Assembly (NCBI GenBank): GCA_035544735.1
Contig: DATKCD010000093.1
Span: forward strand, 86 to 64,085
DNA: 64,000 nucleotides
DNA from: Thermoanaerobaculia bacterium
Lineage (GTDB): Bacteria > Acidobacteriota > Thermoanaerobaculia > Gp7-AA8
Direction of reading: 5' to 3'
The position numbers and the translations under genes were made by a program. This document shows, one piece after another, positions 27,299 to 36,714 of this stretch. The notes beneath the pieces are model-generated. The model was not told the DNA's origin. It was given only the letters and a program-made list of their open reading frames with translations, and did not search any database. Position 1 is the first letter of the stretch. The number at the start of each line of letters is the position of its first letter.

Positions 27299-28549
27299 AT
27301 GGTCTTCTTCAATTACGCGACGATGCAGATGGCCGCGAAGATCGTTTACTACGGTCCCGGTCTGTGCGGGAAGACCACGAATCTGCGCTACATCTACGAG
27401 AAGACTTCGCCGCAGAGCCGCGGCGAGATGGTCAGCCTCGAGACCGAGACCGACCGCACGCTGTTCTTCGACCTGCTCCCGCTGGACGTCGGCGTGATCG
27501 GCGGCTTCAAGACGCGGCTGCAGCTCTACACCGTACCGGGCCAGGTGTTCTACAACACCACGCGCAAGCTCGTGCTGAAGGGAGTGGACGGGATCGTATT
27601 CGTGGTCGATTCGCAGCGCGCCATGATCGATGCGAGCCGTGAGAGCTTCCGGAACCTGCGCGAGAATCTCGGCGAGATCGGCCTCCCCCTGGACGACATT
27701 CCACTCGTGATTCAGCTCAACAAACGCGACCTGCCGAACGTCGCCGAGCGCGAGAAGATCCTCGAGATGCTCGATCCGGAGGCGACGTACGAATGGATGG
27801 AATCGTCCGCGATGACCGGCGACGGCGTATTCGAAACGCTGAAGCTGATCTCGAAGCTGACGCTCCGGACCCTGCGGCGGCGGATGATGGGGGAGGAGAC
27901 GCTCAAACCAGCCGCGCCGGCGTCAAGGGGGGTGTTCCAGGTGCACGATGCATCGAAGAGCGCCCGCGCGGCGGCGCAGGGTGGAGGAAAGCCGGCGGCG
28001 GCGCGGGGGGGGAGAAAGGCGTCGCCGGCCGCGGCGGCATCGGCGGCACCGCTGCCGGTCGGCGTCGCCGATCGGACCGAATCGAGCGCCCCCTCCCGGC
28101 CGGGGCCGACCGCGGAAGAGATCCGGATGGCGGTCGCCGCGGAAGTCGACTCGGAGATCATCGCGGAAGCGCCGATCCCGGCGGGCGCGGAGCCGCCGGT
28201 CGCGGCACGCGGCGAAGGCGAGGCCGCCCCGGCGCCGGAGGGAGCGCCCGAAATTCGGCGCCTGAAGGTCCGCTCCTCGATCGACATCATGTCCGAGCTC
28301 GAGCAGTTGCGGAAGAAGGCGACCCAGACGGCGGCGGTCCGCAGGAAAGAGCCGGCCGAGCGGAAAGGCTCGGCGCGAACCGTCGCGCTCGACATCCCCC
28401 GCGAAGGGACCGCCGAGGCGAAGCGCCTCGAAGTCACCTTCTCGTTCCAGGACGCGAGCGGAAAGGTCGTGAAGCAGGAGCGACGCACCGTCGAGCTCGA
28501 CGACGCCTCCGAACTGCGCTCGCTCACGCTCGACCTCGGCGATCCCTGA
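27299..28549 (+). CDS. mglA: MglA-type Ras-like GTPase with ~220-aa C-terminal extension
   Basis: ATG at 27299 with AGGAG 12 nt upstream. MVFFNYATMQMAAKIVYYGPGLCGKTTNL...TETDRTLFFD...YTVPGQVFY...QLNKRDLP is colinear with Myxococcus MglA, which is about 195 aa. It is followed by an Ala/Pro-rich linker and a charged terminal module. Confidence 0.9.
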   Translation: MVFFNYATMQMAAKIVYYGPGLCGKTTNLRYIYEKTSPQSRGEMVSLETETDRTLFFDLLPLDVGVIGGFKTRLQLYTVPGQVFYNTTRKLVLKGVDGIVFVVDSQRAMIDASRESFRNLRENLGEIGLPLDDIPLVIQLNKRDLPNVAEREKILEMLDPEATYEWMESSAMTGDGVFETLKLISKLTLRTLRRRMMGEETLKPAAPASRGVFQVHDASKSARAAAQGGGKPAAARGGRKASPAAAASAAPLPVGVADRTESSAPSRPGPTAEEIRMAVAAEVDSEIIAEAPIPAGAEPPVAARGEGEAAPAPEGAPEIRRLKVRSSIDIMSELEQLRKKATQTAAVRRKEPAERKGSARTVALDIPREGTAEAKRLEVTFSFQDASGKVVKQERRTVELDDASELRSLTLDLGDP

Positions 28550-28562
28550 AATCGGACCGCCG

Positions 28563-29027
28563 AATCCCGGCTGCGACCGGCGACCTCACCCTGACGTCTC
28601 CCTCTCCCCGTCCGGGATCGCGCAGGTTTTTTGCGCGGGCGTTTCTTCGGGGAGAGGGTCGGGGTTGAGGGGTCGCTGCGAGCCCTCTCGATTCAGCAGC
28701 CACGAAGCGAGGCTCGCGCCGCGGATCGTGCAGAGCGGAGAGCTCGTGCAGCGGCTCCGCCATGATCATGATCTCCGGCTCGCGGCTTCGTTCTGGCGTC
28801 TGCACGCCACGCGACGCGAGCTCCGCGCTTCGGGTGGCGCGAATCGCGGCTGCGACCGGCGGCCCCTCACCCTGACCCTCTCCCCGAATCTCACTCGCAG
28901 CCGTTTCAGCGACATCCCGGCGGGGAGAGGGAAAACGCGGCTCCGCCATCATCATGATCTCCGGCTCGCGGCTTCGTTCTCGCGTCTGCACGCCACGCGA
29001 CGCGAGCTCCGCGCTTCGGGTGGCGCG
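28563..29027. repeat. Tandem duplication of a composite REP-like element (279 bp + 186 bp)
   Basis: Each unit starts aatcSCggctgcgaccggcg..cctcaccctgac..ctctcccc with a partner ggggagaggg. Each ends in a 91-bp core (28751-28841 and 28937-29027) with 89/91 identical bases. Confidence 0.85.
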
Positions 29028-29078
29028 GCGGCGGCCGCTCCCGCTCAGCCTCTTCCGGGTTCTGCGTTCTGCGTCCGT

Positions 29079-29132
29079 GACGCCCGAGACGCTCCAGACG
29101 CTCCAGACGCTCCAGACTCCCCGGACGCCGGG
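29079..29132. repeat. Nonamer tandem repeat (GACGCTCCA family), about 6 units, in the ileS upstream region
   Basis: gacgcccga gacgctcca x3 gactccccg gacgccggg. Same unit as the arrays at 59344-59588. Confidence 0.75.
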
Positions 29133-29195
29133 CCCGGAGATTGAAATCTCCGACCCCGGGTGCTAGTTTGCGCCTCCATCGGTGAGGGGTCGTCA

Positions 29196-31997
29196 ATGCC
29201 GGATCAGCCACGCAAGAAGGACTGGAAGAAGACGCTCAACCTGCCGCAGACGCCCTTCCCCATGAAGGCGAACCTGCCGCAGAACGAGCCGAAGCGGCTC
29301 GAGCAGTGGGAGGCGGCCGGCCTGTACGCGAAGATCCGGGAGCGCTCGGCCGGAAAGCCTCGGTTCGTCCTCCACGACGGTCCGCCGTACGCGAACGGCC
29401 ACATTCACATCGGCCACGCGCTCAACAAGATCCTGAAGGACCTCGTCGTCAAGTCGCGCACGATGATGGGATACGACTCTCCCTACGTTCCGGGATGGGA
29501 CTGCCACGGACTGCCGATCGAGCATCAGGTCGACAAGGAGCTCGGGCCGAAGAAGAAGGAGATGTCGGCGGCCGAGTTCCGCCGCGCGTGCCGCACGTTC
29601 GCCGCGAAGTTCATCGACGTGCAGCGCGAGGACTTCAGGCGCCTCGGCGTGTTCGGTGAATGGGACGGCCCGTATTCGACGATGTCGTACGACTACGAGG
29701 CGAGGATCGCCGGAGCGCTCGGCGAGTTCTTCGAGAAGGAGCTCGTCTACAGGGGACTCAAGCCGGTCCACTGGTGCACCCACTGCCGGACCGCGCTCGC
29801 CGAAGCCGAAGTCGAATACGAGGATCACACCTCGCCGTCGGTCTACGTGAAGTTCCGCCTGACGGACGACGCGGTGCAGGCGCTCGGGCTCCCGGTCGAG
29901 ATTCCGCACCATGCCGTGATCTGGACGACGACGCCCTGGACGCTTCCGGCGAACCTGGCGATCACCCTCCATCCCGAGCTCGAGTACGCCGTGGTCCGAG
30001 TGGGAGACGAGGCCTTCGTCGTCGCGAGAGAGCTGCTCGGCACGGTCGGCGCGAAGTTCGGATGGACCGGGCCGAAAGCGGAGAAGATCTTCCGCGGAGC
30101 GGCGTTCGAGCGGCTCGGCTACCGGCACGCCTTCCTTCCGCGCGAAGGAATCTTCGTTGTGGGCGACTACGTCACGCTCGAGGCGGGGACCGGGCTGGTG
30201 CACACCGCCCCGGGACACGGAGCCGACGACTTCCACACCGGCATGAAGTACGGGCTGCCGATCTATACGCCCGTCGATGCGCGGGGCGAGTTCACACCGG
30301 ACGTCCCGTGGGCCGGCACGCACGTGCTGAAGGCGAACCCCGAGATCGTCGAGCTGCTCCGCGAACGGGGGGCTCTGCTCGCATTCGAGCGCGTGACGCA
30401 CTCCTATCCGCACTGCTGGCGCTGCAAGAATCCGATCATCTTCCGCGCCACCGAGCAGTGGTTCATCGGCATGGACCGCGACCGGTTCCGCGAGCGCGCG
30501 CTCCGCGCCATCGCCGAGGTCGAGTGGATCCCGGCCTGGGGAGAAGAACGCATCGGCGGAATGGTCGAGAACCGCCCCGACTGGTGCATCTCGCGCCAGA
30601 GGCTCTGGGGCGTTCCCATCACCGTTCTCTTCTGCGAAGCGTGCAGCACCCCGCTCACCTCGAAGGAGTTCTTCGAAAGAGTCGTCGCGCTGTTCCGCAC
30701 CGATGGAGCCGACGCCTGGTACGACCATCCTCCGGAGGACTTCCTGCCCGACGGCGCGAGCTGCGCGCATTGCGGCGGCACCACCTTCCGGAAGGAGTTC
30801 GACATTCTCGACGTCTGGTTCGACTCCGGCTGTTCCCATCTGGCGGTCCTCGAGGAGCGCGCCGACCTCGGCTGGCCGGTCGCCGTCTACCTCGAGGGGC
30901 ACGATCAGCACCGCGGCTGGTTCCAGTCCTCCCTCCTGATCGGCGCCGCACTGCGCGGACGCGCCCCCTTCGAGCGCGTCGTGACCCACGGATTCGTCGT
31001 CGACGAACAGGGGCGGAAGATGTCGAAGTCGATCGGCAACGTCGTCTCCCCCCTCGACGTCCTGAAACAGCACGGCGCCGACATCCTCCGGCTCTGGGTC
31101 GCCATGGTCGATTACCGCGGCGACATCGCCATCGGCCCCGAGATCCTCACCCGCATCTCCGAGGCGTACCGGAAGATCCGGAACACAGCCCGGTTCCTGC
31201 TGGCGAACCTGAGCGATTTCGATCCGGCCCTCCACGCCGTCCCTCATGACCGGCTCGAGCCTCTCGACCGCTGGATCCTCGACCGCGCGGGCGAGGCCTT
31301 CGATCGATGCCGGAAGGCCTACGAACAGTTCGAGTACCACGTCGTCTACCACCGGATCCTGGAGCTCTGCACGGTCGACCTGTCGGCCGTCTACCTCGAC
31401 GTCGTGAAGGATCGTCTCTACGTCGAGGGGCCCGATTCGCCCACCCGGCGCGCGGCGCAGACCGCGACCTGGGAGATCCTCCGCGGCCTCGCCTCGATGC
31501 TCGCCCCGATCCTGAGCTTCACGGCCGAGGAGATCCACGAGCAGATGCCGGGACGAAGCGAGGTGTCGGTCCATCTGACGAGCTTCCCCGATTCGTCGGG
31601 GCAGACGATTCCCCGGGCCGAGGCGGCGGCATGGCAAAGGGTCTTCGCTCTTCGCGAAGCGGTCTCGCGGGTTCTCGAGAAGGCGCGTGGCCGGGGGGAG
31701 ATCGGCCAGTCGCTCGAGGCGGACATCGTGCTGCGCGGGCTCGACGAGGAGAAGCTGACCGGAGGGCTCGATCTCGACCTCTCGAAGATCTTCATCGTCT
31801 CACACGTTTTCGTGGAGCCGGGGGCCGAGGGCGAAGAGGGGGTCGAGGTGGAGGGGGTCGGGCGGGTCGGAATCGAGATGCGCCCCGCGGCAGGGCGGAA
31901 GTGCTCCCGCTGCTGGCACTACCGGGAGGAGGTTGCGTCCGGAGAGGGGCTCTGCGGGCGGTGTGATGCGGTCGTGGGCGCCCTTCCCGTCTCGTGA
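29196..31997 (+). CDS. ileS: Isoleucine--tRNA ligase (type 1, C-terminal zinc finger)
   Basis: [35 protein letters not shown] (HIGH), KMSKS, C-terminal CSRCWHY...CGRC. Confidence 0.97.
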   Translation: MPDQPRKKDWKKTLNLPQTPFPMKANLPQNEPKRLEQWEAAGLYAKIRERSAGKPRFVLHDGPPYANGHIHIGHALNKILKDLVVKSRTMMGYDSPYVPGWDCHGLPIEHQVDKELGPKKKEMSAAEFRRACRTFAAKFIDVQREDFRRLGVFGEWDGPYSTMSYDYEARIAGALGEFFEKELVYRGLKPVHWCTHCRTALAEAEVEYEDHTSPSVYVKFRLTDDAVQALGLPVEIPHHAVIWTTTPWTLPANLAITLHPELEYAVVRVGDEAFVVARELLGTVGAKFGWTGPKAEKIFRGAAFERLGYRHAFLPREGIFVVGDYVTLEAGTGLVHTAPGHGADDFHTGMKYGLPIYTPVDARGEFTPDVPWAGTHVLKANPEIVELLRERGALLAFERVTHSYPHCWRCKNPIIFRATEQWFIGMDRDRFRERALRAIAEVEWIPAWGEERIGGMVENRPDWCISRQRLWGVPITVLFCEACSTPLTSKEFFERVVALFRTDGADAWYDHPPEDFLPDGASCAHCGGTTFRKEFDILDVWFDSGCSHLAVLEERADLGWPVAVYLEGHDQHRGWFQSSLLIGAALRGRAPFERVVTHGFVVDEQGRKMSKSIGNVVSPLDVLKQHGADILRLWVAMVDYRGDIAIGPEILTRISEAYRKIRNTARFLLANLSDFDPALHAVPHDRLEPLDRWILDRAGEAFDRCRKAYEQFEYHVVYHRILELCTVDLSAVYLDVVKDRLYVEGPDSPTRRAAQTATWEILRGLASMLAPILSFTAEEIHEQMPGRSEVSVHLTSFPDSSGQTIPRAEAAAWQRVFALREAVSRVLEKARGRGEIGQSLEADIVLRGLDEEKLTGGLDLDLSKIFIVSHVFVEPGAEGEEGVEVEGVGRVGIEMRPAAGRKCSRCWHYREEVASGEGLCGRCDAVVGALPVS

Positions 31998-32090
31998 TTT
32001 CAGTTCTCATTTTGCCGGATCGGTCTTACATTGGATCGGCGGATGCCCGGGGGCATCCACCCGATTTCAGGCGGGAGGAGGCAGCGCATC

Positions 32091-32483
32091 GTGGCGACAT
32101 TGAAGCGGAAGATTCAGAGGGCGGTCCGAAACTTGAAACGCACTGCTCTCGACAAAGGAGAAGATGCGATGGCTTCCATGGTGAAAACAGTCAGGAAGAA
32201 GGCGAAACCGATCGTGAAGGACGCGAAGAAGGCGGCGAAACGGCTCCGGAAGGACGCCGGAAAGGCCGCGAAGAAGGCGGCGAAGGACCTCCGGAAAGCC
32301 GCCCGTCCGAAGATCCGCGAGGCGAAGAAGGCGCTCGCGAAGACCTCGGCCAGAGTGACCGCGGCCGCCGCCTCCGAGGGAGGGAAGGCCGCCGCGAAGG
32401 CGAAGAAGGCGCTCTCGAAGCAGGCCGACGAGGCCCGCGGCGCGCTGAAGAAAGGTCTCAGGAAGGCGTCGAAGGCGCTGTGA
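32091..32483 (+). CDS. Lys/Ala-rich highly basic protein (histone H1-like / nucleoid-associated candidate); start uncertain
   Basis: GTG at 32091 lies 9 nt after GGGAGGAGG. Alternative ATG at 32169 lies after AAGGAG. Sequence KKAKPIVKDAKKAAKRLRKDAGKAAKKAAKDLRKAARPKIREAKKALAK. Confidence 0.55.
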   Translation: MATLKRKIQRAVRNLKRTALDKGEDAMASMVKTVRKKAKPIVKDAKKAAKRLRKDAGKAAKKAAKDLRKAARPKIREAKKALAKTSARVTAAAASEGGKAAAKAKKALSKQADEARGALKKGLRKASKAL

Positions 32484-32572
32484 CCTCGGGGGCAACCCGG
32501 GGTGGCGCGCGCCGGGCGTGATTCAGACGTCAGGCGCCCCGACCCGGCCGCGACGCCGAGGACGCACGACGG

Positions 32573-33400
32573 ATGGGATTCGCCGACCTTCACCTCCACA
32601 CCTTCCACTCGGATGGAATCCGGTCGCCGGCGGAGGTGGTGCGCCTGGCGGCCGAACACGGACTCGAGACGATCGCGATCACCGATCACGACAACCTCGC
32701 CGCGTTCCCCGAGGCGGAAGGGCTCGCGCGCGCGCAGGGGATCACGCTGATTCCGGGCGTGGAGCTCTCGATCACCTGGTCGGGAATCGACGTCCATCTG
32801 CTCGCATACGCCTTCGATCCCGGCAACGAGCGGCTCCGGGCGAAGCTCGAGGCCTGCCGCGATACGCGGGAGCGCCGCGGCGAGATCATGGTCGAGCGGC
32901 TGCGCGATCTCGGCATCCCGATCGATCTCGCGCGCGTCCGCGAGCTCTGCGGCGAGGGAGCGCTCGGCCGCCCCCACATCGCCCGCGCCCTGGTGGAGGC
33001 CGGCACGGTCTCGACCATCGACGAGGCCTTCGACCGATTCCTCTCCCCCGGCGGCGCCGGATGGGTGGAGAAAGAGAGGCTCGAGCTCGACGAGGCCATC
33101 GACATCGTCCGCCGGGCCGGGGGGCTCACCTCGCTGGCCCATCCCACCCTCTACCCCGACGGGGAGCAGGTGCTCCGCGCCCTCATCCCCCTCGGCATCG
33201 ACGGGGTCGAGATCCTCCACCCCGACGTCGGACCGGACGCCCGCGAAGCGTTCCGCGCCATCGCCGCCGAGCACGGGCTGATCGCCACCGGAGGCTCGGA
33301 CGATCACGGGTTCGACGGCGCGGCGACCTTCGGCAGCGTCAAGGTCCCGCTCGGCCTCGTCCAGCCGATCCTCGACCGCTGGCTCGGCCGCGCGCGATGA
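32573..33400 (+). CDS. PHP-domain metal-dependent phosphoesterase (TrpH/YciV-like)
   Basis: MGFADLHLHTFHSDG, IAITDHD, SLAHP, ATGGSDDHG. Confidence 0.9.
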   Translation: MGFADLHLHTFHSDGIRSPAEVVRLAAEHGLETIAITDHDNLAAFPEAEGLARAQGITLIPGVELSITWSGIDVHLLAYAFDPGNERLRAKLEACRDTRERRGEIMVERLRDLGIPIDLARVRELCGEGALGRPHIARALVEAGTVSTIDEAFDRFLSPGGAGWVEKERLELDEAIDIVRRAGGLTSLAHPTLYPDGEQVLRALIPLGIDGVEILHPDVGPDAREAFRAIAAEHGLIATGGSDDHGFDGAATFGSVKVPLGLVQPILDRWLGRAR

Positions 33401-34539
33401 AGGCCGTCTTCTTCATCCTCCTCCTGCTCGCTCTCTTCGGGAACGTCCGCATCGGGACGTTCATCCTCAACCGGTCCGTCTTCGGAAACCGCCGCGAGGA
33501 TGCGCTGATGCGGTGGATGTTGACGATCATCCCTCCCCTGATCCTGGGGATGAGCTCGCTCTATTGGTTCGCATGGCGCGAGACCACGGAGCAGCGGCTC
33601 AGCGCGGTCGGTCTGGCCGGCTGGGCGTGGCTGCTGATGACGGCGTCGGTCGGGCTCTACTGGATGGTCGACCGCGCCTTTCACAACTGGAACCCCGAAC
33701 GCGTTCCGGGCACGCGCGAGCTGGAGGGGGAGATCGTCCGCCTCCGGAAAGCGCACGTACCGTTCGCGCTTCTGCGCCGGCTCGGAGCCCACAACGATCT
33801 GTACGACCTCGAGATCACGCGCCACCAGGTAGTGATCGACGACCTTCCGCCCGCATTCGAGGGATATCGCGTGGCGTTTCTGACCGACACTCACGTCGCA
33901 TCGTTCATGCGGCGGGCGTTCTACCGCGAGTGCGTAGACCAGGTCCGGAGACGTCGCCCCGACCTGGTGCTGCTCGGAGGCGACTACGTCAGCTTCCGGC
34001 GGCACATCCCTCTGATGGCCGAGCTGCTGCTGACGGGGCTCGAGGCGCGCGACGGAGTCTGGGCGGTGCTGGGCAATCACGACTACTGGTCGGATCCTGA
34101 TGGGATCATCGCGGCGATGACCTCGCGCGGCGTGCGTTTTCTGGTCAATCGCTCGGTTCAGATCGAGCGTGGGGGATCGGTGATCGACGTGGTCGGCATC
34201 GACGAGATCTACCGGGGACGCCCCGATCCGGAGGCGGCATTCGCGAACGCCGACCGAAGGCGCCCGTGCCTGGCCGTATCGCATCATCCCGACGTCGTGG
34301 GGCGGCTGAGGAATCGGCGCGTCGACCTGCTCGTTTGCGGGCATACGCACGGAGGACAGATCCGCTTCCCGTTCTTCGGAGCGGTCGTCGTCCCGTCGAA
34401 GCACGAAGCGAGATATGCGGCGGGGTTTCATCTCGAGGAGGACGTGCGGATGTACGTGAGCCGGGGACTCGGCTCGATTCCTCCGATCCGGATCCTCTGC
34501 CGTCCGGAGATCGCCGTATTCGACCTCGTGCGCTCCTGA
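33397..34539 (+). CDS. Membrane-anchored metallophosphoesterase (calcineurin-like)
   Basis: ATGA overlap with the PHP gene. N-terminal TM helices. Motifs FLTDTHV, LGGDY, LGNHD, GHTHGG. Confidence 0.85.
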   Translation: MKAVFFILLLLALFGNVRIGTFILNRSVFGNRREDALMRWMLTIIPPLILGMSSLYWFAWRETTEQRLSAVGLAGWAWLLMTASVGLYWMVDRAFHNWNPERVPGTRELEGEIVRLRKAHVPFALLRRLGAHNDLYDLEITRHQVVIDDLPPAFEGYRVAFLTDTHVASFMRRAFYRECVDQVRRRRPDLVLLGGDYVSFRRHIPLMAELLLTGLEARDGVWAVLGNHDYWSDPDGIIAAMTSRGVRFLVNRSVQIERGGSVIDVVGIDEIYRGRPDPEAAFANADRRRPCLAVSHHPDVVGRLRNRRVDLLVCGHTHGGQIRFPFFGAVVVPSKHEARYAAGFHLEEDVRMYVSRGLGSIPPIRILCRPEIAVFDLVRS

Positions 34540-34542
34540 CCG

Positions 34543-35607
34543 ATGACCTCACTCTCGACCCTCTGGCCCGCGATCGAGCGAAGCGCCCGCGACGCGGGGG
34601 CGATCGGAGTCGGCGCCACCCCCCTGGGAGACGGACACGCCGGCGAATTCGAGGACTGGCTCGCCCGCGGACTCGAGGGATCGATGCTCTACCTCCGGAA
34701 GAACCTCGCCGTCCGCCGCGATCCGCACGGGCGCTTTCCGTGGGCGCGCTCGGCCGTCGCCGTCGCCGTTCCGTACGAGCCGGAGCGCCCCGCCGCCCCC
34801 CCCGGCTCGATCGCGCGCCACCTCGCCCGCTACGCCCTCGGCGACGACTACCACGAGGTTCTCGACTCGATCCTGCGCGGGCTCGAGGCCGTCATCCACG
34901 GCTCGGTCCCGGACGCCAGGAGCCGGCGTTACGTCGACACCGGTCCCCTCTCCGACCGCTCGATCGCCGCCGCGGCCGGCCTCGGCTGGATCGGCCGCAA
35001 CGGAATGCTCATCGATCCCGACCACGGCTCGTACTTCTTCATCGGCGTTCTCCTCACCTCCCTCGAGCTCGACCTCGAGCCGGCCGAGGTCGCCGACCGC
35101 TGCGGCTCGTGCACCCGCTGCATCGACGCCTGTCCGACCGAGGCGATCCTTCCCGGACGCCTCGTCGATGCGAACCTCTGCATCAGCCATGCGACCATCG
35201 AGCAGCGCGGTGCGATCTCCGAGGCCGTTCGGGACCGGCTCGAGGGAAACCTCTTCGGATGCGACGTCTGCCAGGAGGTCTGTCCCTGGAACGAGAGCGC
35301 TCCCCCCGGAAACTCCGCCTTCAGAGCGCGCGAGCGCTACGGTGCCACCCCCGTGACGGATCTGCTCCGAATCTCGCAGAGCGACTTTTCCTCGCTGTTC
35401 CGGAAGAGCGCGATCAAGCGGGCGAGGCGGGGGGGAATGATGCGGAACGCTGTTCTCGTGACGGCGGAGATCGAACCAGCCACACTCGCGAGCCTGCGCG
35501 AGGATCCCGACCCGGGGGTGCGCGATGCGGCGGAGTGGAGGGAGCGTGCGGGCGGCGATCGGCGGTCGAGAGGCGGGGCCGGGGAGTCGCGCGACCTCGA
35601 CGATTAG
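34543..35607 (+). CDS. queG: Epoxyqueuosine reductase
   Basis: 4Fe-4S motifs CGSCTRCIDACP and CDVCQEVCPWN. GWIGRNGMLI; C-terminal HEAT-like region. Confidence 0.9.
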   Translation: MTSLSTLWPAIERSARDAGAIGVGATPLGDGHAGEFEDWLARGLEGSMLYLRKNLAVRRDPHGRFPWARSAVAVAVPYEPERPAAPPGSIARHLARYALGDDYHEVLDSILRGLEAVIHGSVPDARSRRYVDTGPLSDRSIAAAAGLGWIGRNGMLIDPDHGSYFFIGVLLTSLELDLEPAEVADRCGSCTRCIDACPTEAILPGRLVDANLCISHATIEQRGAISEAVRDRLEGNLFGCDVCQEVCPWNESAPPGNSAFRARERYGATPVTDLLRISQSDFSSLFRKSAIKRARRGGMMRNAVLVTAEIEPATLASLREDPDPGVRDAAEWRERAGGDRRSRGGAGESRDLDD

Positions 35608-35628
35608 CCCGGCGCTCGATCTCCGGGA

Positions 35629-36714
35629 TCAGCGACGGAGCGCGGCCTCGTGGGCTTCGCGGCGTTTCATCGCCTGGCTGACGTGAATCGCGAGCTCGCT
35701 GAACGCGATCGCCGCCGTCGACTTCGGATCGGCGATCACGATGGGCTCCCCCCGGTCGCCGCCGACCACGACGTTCGGATCGATCGGGATCTCGCCCAGG
35801 AACGGGACGTCGAGGTTGGTCGCGGTGCGCCGGCCGCCGCCGTGCCCGAAGATCTCCTCCCGCTCCCCGCAGTGCCGGCAAACGAAATAGCTCATGTTCT
35901 CGACGATGCCGAGGACCGGGACGTTGACCTTTCGAAACATCGCGAGCCCCTTGCGGGCGTCGATCAGCGCGACGTCCTGAGGGGTCGTGACGATGATGGC
36001 GCCGTCGAGCGGAACGCGCTGGGTGAGGGTCAGTTGCGCGTCGCCGGTCCCGGGGGGAAGGTCGATGATCATGTAATCGAGCTCGCCCCAGCGGACGTCG
36101 CCGAGAAACTGCTCGAGCGCCTTCATCACCATGGGACCGCGCCAGATGACCGGAGTGTCGGGATCGGTGATCAGCCCGAGTGACATCGTCTTCACGCCGT
36201 GTCGCTCCATCGGGAGGATCTTCTGGTCGACCTCGTCGACCATCGGGCGCCCTTCGATGCCGAGCATCATCTGCTGCGAGGGGCCGTAGATGTCGGCGTC
36301 GAGCAGGCCGACCGTGTGCCCCATAGTCCGGAGCGCGACCGAGAGATTGTTCGCCACCGTCGACTTCCCGACCCCTCCCTTCCCCGAGGCGACGGCGATC
36401 TTGTATTTCACTCCGTCGAGCGAGCGGATCGGCGGCGAAGCGGCTCCGGGCCCGGCAGGCGCCGCCGTCCGCCCCCGCACCTCGGCGTTCACCTCCACCT
36501 CGCTCACTCCCCCGACCCCCCGCAGCGCGCTCTCAGCTTCCGCCTTCACCTGAGGCCCGATCGCCGGATTCTCGGTCTGAAACTGAAGCGCGACCGACAC
36601 TTTCCCTCCGTCGATCTTCACTCCCTTGACGAATCCGAACGAGACGATGTCGCGCGACAGTCCCGGAAACTTGACGCTCTTAAGGGCTTCGATGATTTCG
36701 GCTTCCGTGGGCAT
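35629..36714 (-). CDS. apbC: Mrp/NBP35 family Fe-S cluster carrier ATPase
   Basis: N-terminal DUF59-like region (IIEALKSVKFPG), deviant Walker A VASGKGGVGKST, CRHCG. Confidence 0.9.
   Translation of the reverse strand: MPTEAEIIEALKSVKFPGLSRDIVSFGFVKGVKIDGGKVSVALQFQTENPAIGPQVKAEAESALRGVGGVSEVEVNAEVRGRTAAPAGPGAASPPIRSLDGVKYKIAVASGKGGVGKSTVANNLSVALRTMGHTVGLLDADIYGPSQQMMLGIEGRPMVDEVDQKILPMERHGVKTMSLGLITDPDTPVIWRGPMVMKALEQFLGDVRWGELDYMIIDLPPGTGDAQLTLTQRVPLDGAIIVTTPQDVALIDARKGLAMFRKVNVPVLGIVENMSYFVCRHCGEREEIFGHGGGRRTATNLDVPFLGEIPIDPNVVVGGDRGEPIVIADPKSTAAIAFSELAIHVSQAMKRREAHEAALRR

Noticed and set aside
28524-28991. 155-aa minus ORF and 28665..29144 plus ORF in the mglA-ileS gap
   Set aside because: The internal peptide repeats (ERSREPEIMIMAEP) mirror the duplicated DNA element. 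There is no RBS and no protein-like composition.
32041-32058. Hairpin ggatgcc-cggg-ggcatcc after ileS as an intrinsic terminator
   Set aside because: The stem is short (7 bp) and no U-tract follows. This is insufficient to call.
36680-36714. 35-nt overlap of the LOG gene 3' end with the apbC start, as a possible frameshift or pseudogene
   Set aside because: Both proteins are full length with intact motifs. The apbC N-terminus (MPTEAEIIEALKSVKFPG) is the canonical DUF59-like start. The overlap is plausible in a compact genome.
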